64,000 nt of DNA, from the NCBI RefSeq assembly GCF_000315625.1, contig NW_005434628.1, positions 425,310-489,309 of the forward strand, read 5' to 3'. Shown here piece after piece: positions 11,617 to 24,878 of this stretch (the first letter of the stretch is position 1; each line of letters opens with the position of its first letter). The notes below the pieces were generated by a model. The model was given only the letters and a program-made list of their open reading frames with translations. It ran no database searches and was not told the DNA's origin. The stretch comes from Guillardia theta CCMP2712. Its lineage: Eukaryota > Protista > Cryptophyta. Made by a program: the position numbers and the translations under genes.

Positions 11617-13063
11617 CTGGCAACTTGTGTGACCGACTGGATCGGACCGTACCGGCGGCGGCGCCACCGGGCCGGCGCGGCCCCGGCATCCGAGTCCGCC
11701 GGCTGATGCCGGGTGATCGGACTGAGTGGCTTGCGGCCCCGGCCCGGCGTCCGATCATGAGTCGGACCGTGCGCAGTCGGCGGCCCGGCCGCGCTGAGTC
11801 CCGGCACACTGCGGCAGTGGCGCGGCCCGCCGGTCCGAGAGTCCGCCGGACTCAGGCTCGGCCCGGGCCGGGGCAGAATCACCGCCGGTAAAACACTCGG
11901 TCGCCTCAGTCCACAGATCATCGGGTGACGGAACGGTCCGACACGGTCCGGCGGGCCGGGGCCTGCCGGGGCTGCCGGGCCGCGGTGCTCTCGGACTCGG
12001 CGGTCCGCCGGGCCAACTGAGTTCATTGAAGCGGCGCCCGGGCCCGCCGCCCCCGGGCCCCGGCGAGCCAGTGCGGCGGCCCAGCGCCCCCAGCCGGCGG
12101 GGCCCGGTCCTGCCGAACCGTCGTGACTGTGCAGTGCGGCGCCGCCGGTACTACACGGTACGGTACGGTCACCGTCGGGTAGCACAGTACTTCACGACCG
12201 TGACTGCCGGGTCAAGCCGGGCCGGGCCTCCGTCTCTCCGAGGGCCTGATTGTCCTCGTACTGCTTTTTAACCGTTGCCTTACCTTTGAGTAAAGATGAC
12301 TGCCAGGCTGGCGCTGACCAACTCCGTTTAGGGCGGCGCGGCGGGACCCTATGACTCGGTGATACTCACCGGCTGCCGGCCGGGCCGCCACTGAGTCACC
12401 ACCGTCCGGCGGCCCCGGAGTCCGATCCCTCGGCCGCCGCCGGGCGGCCGGGCCTGAGTTGTAACTGTAATGTAACGTATTGTGACGTGCCATGGCGGAG
12501 AGGGGCGGAAGTAAGATGCAGGATGTTTGAAAATGAAGGGAAGGGATAGGGAAGAGAAGAGGAAGGACAAGAGAAGAGAGAGAGAGATGAAGATGAAGGA
12601 GGAGAGCAGCGAGAAGGAGTGAAAGTTGTTGATAAGAAGAGGGAGAGAGGAGAAAGAGAAGGAGTGAACGTAGAGCTAACAGATCGCCTTGAGACTTCTC
12701 AAGCGTCTGAAAGGGAGTGGGTGATGGAAATGGAGGCAAGTTGCAGGTGGATCATCGGAAGGAGGAAGACCAGCACGTTGTCTATCAGAGGGTTCGCGGC
12801 TCTTCCGGGCAGAAGATGCAGGGGAGGATGAGGGACAAAGAACAGGGACGAGGGACGAGGGAGAGGAAGGAGGGAGGAGGGATCAGATGGGGCAGTGATG
12901 GGTTTCAGTGATATGTTGAGGCATGAGAGGGATATGAAGGAGGAGAGACTGAAGGAGAGACTGGCTGACTTCATTCTCTCAAACAGTCTCTCCTCGAGCA
13001 GCTATCCATGTCGTTCTAGTCCGCACCGGAAGCGCCAAGCAGGTGGTGAAGTGAAAATCTATC

Positions 13064-14044
13064 ATGGGCCCCAAGAGTGAGTACCTTCCCACCTCCCCTC
13101 TCTTCCCTCCTTTGTTTGTTCCTTTCCTTCTTTCCTTCCTTTCTCTCCACCTGCTTCTGCTGCCCTCTCTCTCTCTCTCTCTCTCCAAGTCTCTCCTCAG
13201 CACTGCTTGTCTCTCCACGACCCTTCCCTGCCTCCCTCCGCTCTCCCCGATCGAGTGACAGTTTCCTGCAGCCTTGAACACAAAGAGGTCAGGGTTCCGG
13301 CCGGAGCTGATCATTCTCCTCCTCCTTGTCGTCGCCGTCCCCCTGATAGGATGGCAGATCTACAGGAAGATCACGTTCAAGTTCGAGGAGCTGATGACGG
13401 CCCTCACCTCGCACCCCTGCGCCTACGTCCACCGGGACAAGACCGAGTTTGACCTGTCCAAGTTATCGAAGACGAGGTCCACGTGCAGCTCCTCCGACGC
13501 GTCCAGCTGCCTGGACTACCACCTGAGAAGACAGGACTCGGACTTCTACTTCAACGTCTGCAACAACGCCATGCGCAAGCCGTCCCAGTGCAACGACCTC
13601 TTCGGGCGCCAGAACGTCCAGAACGCAATCGGGTACCAGGTGGGGGATGGCGTCTGCTACTACATGGGCCAGCTCAGGACAGGCAGGTAAAACCCGCAAA
13701 CTCCTCTGCTCCTGCTTCCTCGAGCTGATGGGATTCAGGTGGAGCCTCCTCGACCAGCGGCACCCTGAGGTTGGGCTGAGGCTGCTGTACACGGGAGGGA
13801 GCCGATGCGGAAGGAACAGAGGTCAGAGGGAGAAGAGAAGGGATGAAACTGACGGTGAAGTCGCAGAAAGATCCACGGAGTTTCACTTTGAGTGCAACAG
13901 GAAGGCGGCCAAGGTGGGAGCGTGTTTCCTCCTCTCTCACTTCCTCCTGCACATCATCATCATCACCACGACCACCACCACGACCACCACCACCGCCATC
14001 ATCATCACCATCATCATCATTATCATCATTATCATCACCATGAC

Positions 14045-14079
<35 letters not shown>

Positions 14080-14812
14080 GTCTTCTTTGCTTTCTGCTCG
14101 TATTCCTGCTCTCTTCTCTCTTCTCCTCACCTCTCCGCTGCCTCGCCCTGATGACGTGTCATGCAGGGAGGACCTGTGGCCATCTTTGGAGACTGCGAGT
14201 TTGTGGTGACGTGGGAAACAGGCATGCACCGTATTTCTGATGTTTCTCCTCCTTATCCTCCATCAGAGCTGGCGTGCCCGATCCGTCAGATCACTCTCCT
14301 TCACTTCCTCCTCCTCCTCATCGTCGTCGTCATCCTCTACCTCGCCGTGGGCTTCTGCATCAATGTGCGCTACCGCGGGGCCATCCCCGACTACGACGCC
14401 ATTCCCAACATCCAACAGGTTCGTTTCCCAATCATCCGCTGCTTTTGTTGCTTCCCTTCTCTCACCTTTCGCTCACCTTTCGCTTGTGCAGATCCGATGG
14501 CTTGGAGCTGTCATTCTTGCCGTATCAGCCAAGGTCTACCCCACTTCTTCCTCTCTAACTCCTTCTACTTCGCTTCTTTTCTCTTCCACATGCTCACGCA
14601 GTCTCATTCAGGTCTTGGAGATCATCGGGGATTATCTCCCGTGGGCCCGACGGGCTGTCGGTTGGCTCTCGGACAAGGTCGGCCTGGGCTATGACCTCAT
14701 AGCTGAGAGGATGGGTGGGAGAGGAGCGGGCGAGCAGCGCAAGTCAGCGGGGCAGCGCAGGACCACGGGGATACTCGACCGAGAGGGCTACGACCAGGTG
14801 AGCAGCATGTAG
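13064..14812 (+). CDS. Mannose-6-phosphate-receptor-domain membrane protein (CD-MPR/ATG27-like), multi-exon
   Basis: Spliced exons give an N-terminal hydrophobic segment, FDLSKL, FYFNVC, C..G, LLYTGG..C, FECN and CEFVVTWETELACP. These are followed by a TM helix (LLLLIVVVILYLAVGF), AIPN and a YxxV tail motif. Confidence 0.85.
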
Positions 14813-15270
14813 TGCCCTCCCTGTCCGTCTCCATCCTCTCTCCTTTCTCTCCTCGCCTCTTCTTGTGACGGCCGTCGTGCCTCCTGTCTGCCTGTCTTTC
14901 TGAGTCTCCTCCAACCTCAGCAGCTAACTGAACTGGCAGCTTTGAACCCTCAACTATCTGAATGATCAGCACAGCGGGCAGGCAGGGGGCAGCATCAAAG
15001 TAGTAGAGGGCATGCCGGTCTGCCTGGTCCGCTTCCTTCTCGTTCTTTAGTCTGCCCCAGGGCACCAGGCGAGAGCTCGAGGGTTTGTAAATTCATTTGA
15101 TCTCAGTAACTCTTGGAATGAAAGAATACAATAACACTTGATTGACACTTGATTTAGAGGAGCAGGATGACTCTGTTCGACTTGTCCTGTTCATCCTTGC
15201 TGCCACAGATCGATAACCTCTGCAAGAATTGTATGGCCAACTGGCGATGCTCCTGCGAGCCTGAGGTACC

Positions 15271-17915
15271 TCAGTTCGGCTCCGAGTCCACGGCTGACCA
15301 GGCCTGGCTCATGGACCACGGGCTCAGGCTGCCCGACCCCTGGAAGGACTGACCTCTGTCGTGGATGGATCAGCTCCAATCCACCATGCACAGAAAACAC
15401 ACTCACCCATGGCCGATGCCGCGAAGCATGCCTCCTTGGTCAGTATCCTTGCTGGGAGACATTTTGTTTCTTCCCACGGGCATCATTCTTGCTTGCTGCT
15501 GCAGACTGTTCATGTTCATGCTGAAGGTAGCAGCATCTTCGCTCGGATGGTTGTATCCAGCATCTGCGATCTCGTCGTCCAGGGGAGTGAACTCGGTACC
15601 ACCATCAAGACCATCATGACCAGCGGTCGATCCCATGTGGCCGAACGGACTCCCGTACTGCTCGCCATGAACAGGTTGTGAAGCCGCGAGGTTCATCAGC
15701 CCTTGCATTGGAGAACTTCTGTTCCCAAAGTTGGGTCCTTGACCGGACCCTCCAACCACCTGCCCTCCTTGCATTCCTGGCGACTGCACTGGAAATGGCT
15801 GCAAGGAGCAGCCGTCATTGAGCAATCGTGCATGCACAGAAGTCCAAACCTGCTGTAGGTATTGCTGCTGGAATTGCTGCAACTGTACTTCATCTAGATA
15901 GGCTCGTAAATACTGTTCGTCGCTACCCATCGGCGACGGCATCCCCTTTGCAGCACCCAAGAGCGCTGCAAGATCTACTCCTGCTAAAGATTCAGACGAG
16001 TGAAATCAACACCCATAATCGCACCATTCCCAGAGCCAAAACGCTGAAACGCCGATAAAACAGCAGGCGGCATCGGAGCGCGCAATTCCTCGACGCCATG
16101 TGCATAAGGGCAGTGCGGTCCTTTACAACAGCGACTCTGCAAGTGGAAGAGACAGAGTTTGGTCTTATAACGATCCATCTTGACTGGAGAGAGGAGCCCA
16201 GGAGGAGCGATTGGAGCTGCAAAGGCCCCAGTTAGTGAATGCTCATCGCTGCACATCAAGAGAGGTGAAGGAAAAATACGTCTATAAGCGGGTCCTGAAC
16301 CTGCTAAGCGTTTGAGGTCTTCAGCCCCATGAGCGAATGTGCAGGATGCTCCTTTGGTGCACATGTTGTTTTCCCAAAATTTACATATCACCTGCGAGAC
16401 ATTCAGACTCGAGAGGTAAATTAGAGGAGGTGTGGAGAAAGACGATAGTACTAGCACAGGTGTTTGGAGACATACCGTCTTATATCCCTTGGGTTGCATG
16501 TTCATCATCGAGCCTCCTTGCCATTGTGCGTCATTCTGCACTGGGCTGGTCTGACCTCCATGGAACCCGGGGCCCATCATGTTCATATTCACACCAGGAG
16601 GCTCGTTAAAGTGCCGCTCTAATCCCTGCAGCTGACTCTGCTGAGCAACATTGCCCGGGGGCGCCATGGCTCCCGCCATAGCACTGTTGAAAGGCGCTAT
16701 CTGCTGCATGCTCGGGGATGCATTGCCTGGCATGCCGAACATGGGGTTGTTCAACGGGCTTCCAGCTCTATTCACACCTCCAAACATGTTCTGGGGGCCC
16801 TGGATGACAAGATGAGAAACACGATTGAGAAATCACATGTGCATACGAACCATGGGGTTCAGACCCTGGAAGTTGGGTACATTTCCTTTCATGATCTGAG
16901 GATTCTGGTCATGCATGATATTGGGTCCTTGTTGCATCGGCATTGGTTGCAACATGTGCATTTGTTGTTGAAGATTGTTCTTGTTCTGCATCTGCATGTT
17001 CTGCATCTGCATGTTCTGCATCTGCATGTTCTGCATCTGCTGCTGGTGCATCTGCATGCCCGGCTGCGGCATTTGCATCTGCTGCTGGGGTCTGTCCATA
17101 TCACCGTACATCTGCAATTGGCGTGACGCACGCGAAACATTCATTTGCTGCTGCATTGGCGATGTTTTGACTGGTGAGTTTGAAGCACTCCCCTGATTCG
17201 ATCGGTTCCTGTTCGGTGAAGCGTTGGGGTCAATGTGGCTCGAGGCAAGAAGGTCAGCTAAGTCATCCTGGTTCTGAACGAACTGCGGGGAGTTGAAATG
17301 CACTAGGGAGGGGGACTGAGAGTTGGGAGCTTGAGAGTTCTGATGTAGCTGTGCAAATCTTTGCTGAATTTCGCTCTTGGTGAAAGGCATCGGGAGGGGC
17401 TGCATTGCATTCATCGGAGGGTTTGAGATCAGCCTTGGAGGGAATCCCTGTTGGTATTGTTGTGGAGAATGCCCTTCGGAGAACTCGCTTCTGACATGCA
17501 TACCTTGCCCTTGCAACTCGTTTGAGCTCTCAGGCGATAGACTATTTCTGCTCTGAAAATCCTGTGGGGATCCAATCGGGCGCTGTTGTCGATTAGTTGG
17601 GGCGGCGGCGTTACCATGCAAGTTTGAGTTAACGTTCATCATCTGAGAGTAGGCTTGCTGCATGTTGGGTGGCTGTGCACGTTGAGCAGGCAGCCAGTGC
17701 TGGGCTGAAGGTTGGGATGTAGTATTTACAGTGTTGGGATGCTTGTTTTCCGCTATCGGCTTCAAGAGCTGCTCTTCAAGCTCGGGTCCACTTCGGAGGT
17801 ACCCTGGTGCACAATGTGTGTTTGACTCAGAGATCAAACCTGGATGGCTCTTGAGGTGGGGCGAATATGCTTGCTGGTCAGAAAGGGCTTTGAATTTCCC
17901 ATCCACCGGCTGCAT
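15271..17915 (-). CDS. Tandem CCCH zinc-finger RNA-binding protein (TTP/ZFP36-like fingers) with a Q/M/N-rich low-complexity region
   Basis: Fingers YKTV|ICKFWENNMCTKGASCTFAHG and YKTKLCLFHLQSRCCKGPHCPYAHG (C-x7-C-x5-C-x3-H spacing). The last exon is predicted to end at TGA 15271-15273; the start is uncertain. Confidence 0.8.
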
Positions 17916-20079
17916 GTGAAAGAATAATGTTGGCCCGAACGGTCGTGCTGTAAGCAAATCAAGTCAGACGAACACAAGGCAGGGAGTAATCACAAAAGAG
18001 TGGTTCTCTTGTTATTTCATTTCAAATCGTAGTTGGTCATAGTCAAAATGATATTGAGGCATGTAAACAATCGGCAGAAAAACAAAACACTGCAAACGTG
18101 TTCAGCTTCGAATCAGGTATCACGCACAGCATCATGACCCTCATTGCTACAAAAAGACAAGCATCCACACAATCAGGAGTACAATACGAATGGCCATAGC
18201 TGATTTTCAAAAAAATCAACAGATTAGAAACTCATAACACAAGATCTGCTTTCAGAATGCTTCACAACAAAGCGCTGCGATCTTAAAACAAATGTTGACA
18301 GACGACAAAACGACGACTCCTCGACATGAAATCAACGGGGCTGAACGCTAAGAAGAGATAGTCGGATGGAGGGGTCGAAGACATGACGATCACAGAGAAC
18401 AGTATGCCATCCTGCCCCCGCTCTGAGCGCAGCAGCGGCGCATCGCTGCAGCGGAGGCGGCGGAGGAGGAGGAGGCTCAAGCTACCCCCCGCAGGGTGTC
18501 CTAGGTCACATAGGAGAGATTCTAGGCGGTTCTAGGACTCCTATTCACTCCAGGCGTCAGGATTCCGTCAAGGGGCTCTTGATGGGAGAGGTGGGTGGTA
18601 ATCTGAGAACAAAATCCATTGAATTTTAGTTAAGTTAAGTTATGATTTGCTACTAAGTTTCTTAAAAGGTGTTATACCTGTAAACAATCTACTGAAAATT
18701 CAAGGGGTAAATGTGGGCTCGATGAAAGCACTGGAAAACGTATCACCCCTGTCTGTGAAAATATTTTCAGGTAACAATTGCTGGTACCAAATTTCCGTAC
18801 AAGCAGTCTGTATATTTGTATGGATTTTATAATATATATAGATGAATTTTCTGAGTATTTATGTACCATGTGCATATTTATGGTACTATAAATTAAAACA
18901 AAGATATTAAGCGGTTATCCGACGAACGCGACTTCCTCTGCCTTCTATCAGGTAATATAGTCAAAAAGATTTGTGGTTGTATGTGATATAGTCAATATTT
19001 CTCATTTTGCAGTGAACAAGCTGTCAGGTAGGGCATTTTCAAATATGTTCTCATTTAATAATTGACACCTGTACGGCAATTCATGATGAAATACCCTCCA
19101 CAAGGTGTTGAGCTCCAGCAATAGGTCTATAGTCAATGAAAGTCTAAATATATCATTTTTTTTAGCCTTTATTGAGGAAAACGGAGGACCCTACCCCAGT
19201 GAGAGACATTCTATACCCCTCCTTTCTACCGCGCTCCTCTGTACCCACCCCTGGTCTCCCCCCGGAGGCACCGATCAGTCGGACGGTCCGGGTCGGACCG
19301 TACGGCTGGTCACTGTCACGCCGTACTACCGTACTGTCAGACCACAGCCCGCCGGCCCGCCGTCACCGGGCGTGACCGCCGCGGCGGCGGCGGAGTACGC
19401 GCTGGATGGTCCGAGTCTCTCGGAGGCTCGCCGACCATCGCACTGCGCAAGACGTCTCCGAGTGATCGGCCGGGCGCCCGGGCCGACTCTGTGACTTGCA
19501 AACGAGTCCCGGTACTGCGGTATGCGCGCGGGGACGGCCGGCGTCTCCACAGCGTTGCCTTTCTCAATTGACCTTGGAGCTCTAAAACGTTTCGCGGTGA
19601 GGGTGGTAGATTCAAATCCACGCATACCACGCCTCATGTGGGGGCGGGGTGGGTCTTCCGACCGTGTTCCGAATTCAAATCACGAAGAGCCAAGCAGAAC
19701 TTTTTCAGGGGTAGGGTCTTCTTGAGTACAATTTCTTGGTACCAGTTAGTACAGTCCGAACCATGTGACTTTGGTACTCTTTTGGTACCATTCGGGGTTC
19801 TCCCCTATGTATTGTACACATCCGGTACAAGTATAACCCCACTCCCATGAAAAATCTTCAAGCATGCTGGTGAATTGCTTCATCCCTTGAACCTGGGGCC
19901 TGTCCGATCAAATCATATGGGCATACATAAGAAAACTGCAAGCCTGTATGTGGGGTCGGCCTGAACCATCTTGAATTCAAATGAGAGGGGGTGATGGAGG
20001 CGGGACTCCTTCGGATCCGAGAACCCCTCCGTTTGAGTCATTTTGGGTGGTGGGGTGGGTATGGAGCACCCTCAACTAC

Positions 20080-22100
20080 CCACCTTTGAAAGAGTTTGAA
20101 AGTCTACATTAGGGGGTGGGGGTAACACCCATTTCTCATTCCCCAAGCCCCCTCTCCCTGGACGAGCAAGAAGCGATGAAATGGTGCCTTCCTGACTCAC
20201 CAGGATGAACTTTGATATTGAGAGACTTCGAATCCAACCCAACTGAGATAGAAATGAGATGAAGATCTCATATCATACCTGTAAGAGATGATCGAGCTTC
20301 TTTCTCAACTCTACAGGTTGGGCCAAGGTTTGAATCATCCATCCTGCAATGGAATATGCACCCTAGGTTCAAACAATCCGCGGGTGTACTTGCAAATATT
20401 CTTCGAAGACAAGATGAAATTTTTATGATCAGGTAAGGAATTGATAATCGATACACCATTGAACAGAATCAACTCTGATTGACCCTTTATTCAAATTGCC
20501 GTAGGTTGCACGTTGCGCTCAAATGCATGACTGTGATTTGTGAGAAATTTGTATCCAGCTGTACCTTGAGCGACTTTTCTGTCTAGATATGTGTTCTCAT
20601 GTCATCACTTGCTTTCAATTCTTCTAGTCTTACAGTCAGGATTCATGCACTTCACCTTTCTATGGAGGCAAGTCTTACATGCACTCAACCGTTCAACGAT
20701 ACATGAAGAGACGTTTGCACAGAAGATGACTGTTCCTGCCCGCATAGATGACTGTAGAGAACCGTTGTTGATCATGAATCACTATATCTATGATCATATT
20801 TCGATGATTTTTCCGTTTCGCTTCAATTTTTTCCTCTGTCATGATATTTTTTCACAAGGATTTCGATTGCACAGAAACCTAGTCAGAAATGAAGCAATGT
20901 GCAGATGATGCCTTTGCGTATCAATAAATGAGACGTTCATCGGATCAATCCTGTCTTGGTGTCGCAATGCTACCGTGCAACTGTAGTGTTCTTGTCGCAT
21001 GGCTCTACAGAGGAGTGCCTTGTTCAACAGAGCAAGCACTCGATGATTGCAATCGAGTCGCAAACACTGTGAATCAACAAACAGAATTGCACATTCAGGT
21101 TATCATATCTTTATTAGAAGAGTTACAATCAGGGTACAAGCACAACCGACCTCCCTGTAATCCTGAAGACGTTCCATCTTTTGCCTGGCGAGGGTGTATC
21201 TGCGTTAACCAAGAAGCATGTGACATGTGGCCACATCTTGAATGCTCTACGGTCAGGAATATCAACATCTTCAAAACGGCTCTCTTGTTTGCTGTGACAT
21301 CAACTGCTTGGTAGCGGCTCATCCGATGAACAGAATCTGATGCAAGTTCACACCAGTAATATTTACATGATGCATCAGTCAGTGTGATGAAATTGGTGAT
21401 TTGCAAAATGTTTCATCGTTCCAACACATCCTTAAGAATTGGATGAAGAATCCTTCACGAACCACGGGACTTACTTGTCATCATTCGATTGTACTGAGGA
21501 TCATCTTTGTTTCAAGCATCGAGCTGCTCCGACCGTGACTGCTAAAATGCGCTGTATCTGTTCATTTAGAACTTTCCGTTGAGCTTTTCCTTCAGTTTTG
21601 CATGTTCTTCCATGCAGTGAGATGACCATGTCAATATTTTGCCTAGACCTGATCGACTCCCGAGTCCTGAACTTATCTTTGTTTGTGCCCATTTCATGTC
21701 ACAACCTTTTCACATCGGGACAGTTCTGCGATGTGTCGAAAACCCCTTCGTATGCAGCCATTGTCTCGAGAGTTTTGTATGCTGGGCGGCTTACTGGTAC
21801 GTCTACGTACTCCTGGATACCGGTTTGTAATATTGGTTGGGCACTTGCCAAAGTCTTCACCCGTTCATCAATCTCATACAAGTTGCCAAAGGCTGCAAAT
21901 CATTCCAACCTGCATCAAGAACACGTCATTTGGATCTCTTCCCGTGATAATTTCGATGAAAAAAAGAGATAATGCTCACCTGACTTGTCTTGCTCTGTCA
22001 AACGCTGCACATCCTCATATCTGTACGGCTTCGCAGAGTTCACAGTGGCGGGAAACTTTCAACATTGATATTTTTTATTTTGATATTTGATATCGTATTG
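20080..22100 (-). pseudogene. Decayed, CpG-poor coding-like relic (copy 1 of a dispersed family)
   Basis: Broken ORFs with stops. 20080-20260 aligns by eye to 56148-56335 (e.g. CCCTGGACGAGCAAGAAG vs CCCTGGGCAAGCAAGAG; GAGAGACTTCGAATC vs GAGAGGCTTCGAATC). Confidence 0.4.
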
Positions 22101-22184
22101 GCGATGCATCATGATTGAGCTTCGGAGGGCCAGCCACGCCTGTGAAGGCCATAATGGCCATCAAAGCTGACTTGCGATGGCATG

Positions 22185-22910
22185 GGAGCGTGACACACAA
22201 AGATTTCAGGCCGCAGGAGCGTGACACACAATGATTTCAGGCCGAACACCTCCTCAATTTTCAAGTTGTTCCATGTAGGTTGGACTTGCTCCAAACTATA
22301 TGGAACAACTTGAAACTTGGAGGAGCGTGACACACAATGATTTCAGGCCGCAGGAGCGTGACACACAATGATTTCAGGCCGAACACCTCCTCAATTTTCA
22401 AGTTGTTCCATGTAGGTTGGACTTGCTCCAAACTATATGGAACAACTTGAAACTTGGAGGAGCGTGACACACAATGATTTCAGGCCGCAGGAGCGTGACA
22501 CACAATGATTTCAGGCCGAACACCTCCTCAATTTTCAAGTTGTTCCATGTAGGTTGGACTTGCTCCAAACTATATGGAACAACTTGAAACTTGGAGGAGC
22601 GTGACACACAATGATTTCAGGCCGCAGGAGCGTGACACACAATGATTTCAGGCCGAACACCTCCTCAATTTTCAAGTTGTTCCATGTAGGTTGGACTTGC
22701 TCCAAACTATATGGAACAACTTGAAACTTGGAGGAGCGTGACACACAATGATTTCAGGCCGCAGGAGCGTGACACACAATGATTTCAGGCCGAACACCTC
22801 CTCAATTTTCAAGTTGTTCCATGTAGGTTGGACTTGCTCCAAACTATATGGAACAACTTGAAACTTGGAGGAGCGTGACACACAAAGACTTCAGTTTCAG
22901 GCCGAACACC
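22185..22910. repeat. 137-bp tandem repeat (5 full units), each made of two ~30-bp direct sub-repeats plus a ~75-bp hairpin
   Basis: Period 137 (22261/22398/22535/22672/22809). Sub-repeat AGGAGCGTGACACACAATGATTTCAGGCCG; hairpin arms CAAGTTGTTCCAT...ATGGAACAACTTG. Confidence 0.97.
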
Positions 22911-23390
22911 CCCGGCTACGAGTCGAATCAACCTCCACTGCTCACTGGCCAGACTCTATTTAACCCAAGATCCACCAAACACTATCTCTCAGTACACCTG
23001 AGATCCTTACCCCAACCTTATTCACCTCAACGATACACAGCTGTGCAGTCTCTAACACCTTCACTGATGATGATAGAACTCTCAGAAGAACCACACAACA
23101 CCCGGGCCACCAACACTTCCTTTATTCACAGCGGTCACCTCCCGGCTTCAGTCCCTTGCAACCGTGACGGGAGTCCAGTGACGGCAAGTACAATGCACAG
23201 CGCCCTGGACACGTGTCCTCCTCACCCCCTTTTCACTGCCAGACCCTCAGGCTCGTCGATTCCTTAATTCCAGACCTATGTCAAAGCCCACTTCCATCTG
23301 ACTCAGTGAGTCGCTGAGCTTCGTCTACCGATGAGACGCAATACCCTGAACTTCTCGCCGTCTCCAAGAACTTATCGGCGGCGAGTTCTT
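22911..23390. mobile_element. 480-bp insertion with a 5-bp target-site duplication, interrupting the last satellite unit
   Basis: ACACC at 22906-22910 and 23391-23395; the satellite unit resumes at 23396 (TCCTCAATTTTCAAGTTGTTCCA). Confidence 0.7.
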
Positions 23391-24878
23391 ACACCTCCTC
23401 AATTTTCAAGTTGTTCCACAGTGAAATGTTTTTTGTGGCCCTGAATCATTTCGGGCGCACTGACTCGTGTTCCAAGTTCCGACTGAAGCCTGGCATGCCA
23501 TGTTATGTTAAGTTATGTTGACCTCCGACTGTTCAAGTCAAGTTGTGTCTGACACTGGGCCAGTGACAGTGACTCAGGCTACCGTAGTACCCGGGGCCGC
23601 CCCGGCGCTGGCAAGCAGGCACCGTGACGGTTCCAAGGCCGAGTCACTGAGTCAGCGCCGGGCTGGCGCGGCGCGGCGCGGCACTCAGCCTCCGACCGGA
23701 CTGCCAGGCTCGGGCTCCGCCCGGCCGCCGCCGCCCGGCCGCCGCCGCCCGGCGGAGGCTCAGTGAGACGGTCACCGGCGTCGGCACTGCTGATTAAAGC
23801 GGCCGGGATCAGCATGCCAGCCATGCGGCCAGTCCGATCAGATAGCCCCGCTGAGTTAATTGAACCGCAGTGACAGGCGGGCGGCCGCTGTGAAAACTCA
23901 AGGTCCGACCCGGCCGCCCGGCCGGGCGAGTCGGAGCCGGACTCTCCGGGACCAGGCTGAGGCTCGGAGGCTTCAAGGCTACCGGCGTACTCCGGTGAGT
24001 CAACCGTTGAACGGTGAGAGTCAAGTTCCGAGCCGCAGGCCGGGCGGCCCCACGCGGCGGCAATGCCCGGCGGTACCGGGCCGTACGGTACCCGCCCGGT
24101 CCGTGTCATCGGAACAGCGCCGCATTCCGAAGTTCCTTCAGGAAGTTCGGCCGGGCGGCCACCGTCGTGACAGCGATATCCGATCGGATGATCCCGGCGG
24201 CGGCTGGCCGCGGGGGGCCGCTGCCGCGCGGGGATTGTCCTGCGCGCACGGTACTGTATCATAGTATGCCTCGGCGGTCAGGCTGCCTCTGTGAGTACGG
24301 TCCCGGACTGTACCGCCGAAGTTCGCCGGCTTGAACTCCGTTCACCCCCGACACTCACGGTCACCCCGGCGGGCCCGGCCGCCGCGCCGGCCGCCGGCCC
24401 GTCGCCGCGGCCGCGTGACTCTTACTGCCGCGGCGGCGGTTGTTGCCGGGCCGCCGGCCCGTGACCCGGTGCTAAAACTGCCGCTGTGCGGCAGTGCGGC
24501 AGTGCGGCAGTGCGGCGCCGCGCCGGCACTCGAAGCTCGGGTAGGTGAAAAGTTTACTCAAAGTTAAGTTAAAAAGGGTTGGATCGCTAACATTGGGTGG
24601 GTACTGACTGCTTGGTGATGGCCCGGTACCACGGTGATGACCACGTGAATACTGGGCAGTATGGGGTAGGGCAGTCTCGAGTAAATGCGAAAGGGGGTGG
24701 GGTAGGGTTGGGGCTCTTCTTGTTAGCTCCGCACGTGCGGGGGCTGAACGTGCGGGCGACCAACATGGGGGAGGAATGAGGAGGGAGGAGGCGATGCGAG
24801 GAAGAGCGACAACGACGACAGCAGAGGGAGAGGGCTAGGAGGAGGAGAATCAGTGCTCTAGCTCCCTGAGGACGAACA

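Noticed and set aside
11571-12739. ORFs in GC islands (also 23515-24567 and 33725-34161)
   Set aside because: R/P/G/A-rich frames are open on both strands simply because stops are rare at this GC content; no domain signal.
13950-14080. Poly-His or poly-Ile coding tract
   Set aside because: It is a (CAT/CAC)n microsatellite inside an intron of the M6PR-like gene.
22185-22910. CRISPR-like array (palindromic repeats at regular spacing)
   Set aside because: The intervening sequences are identical rather than unique spacers, there are no cas genes, and the context is eukaryotic.
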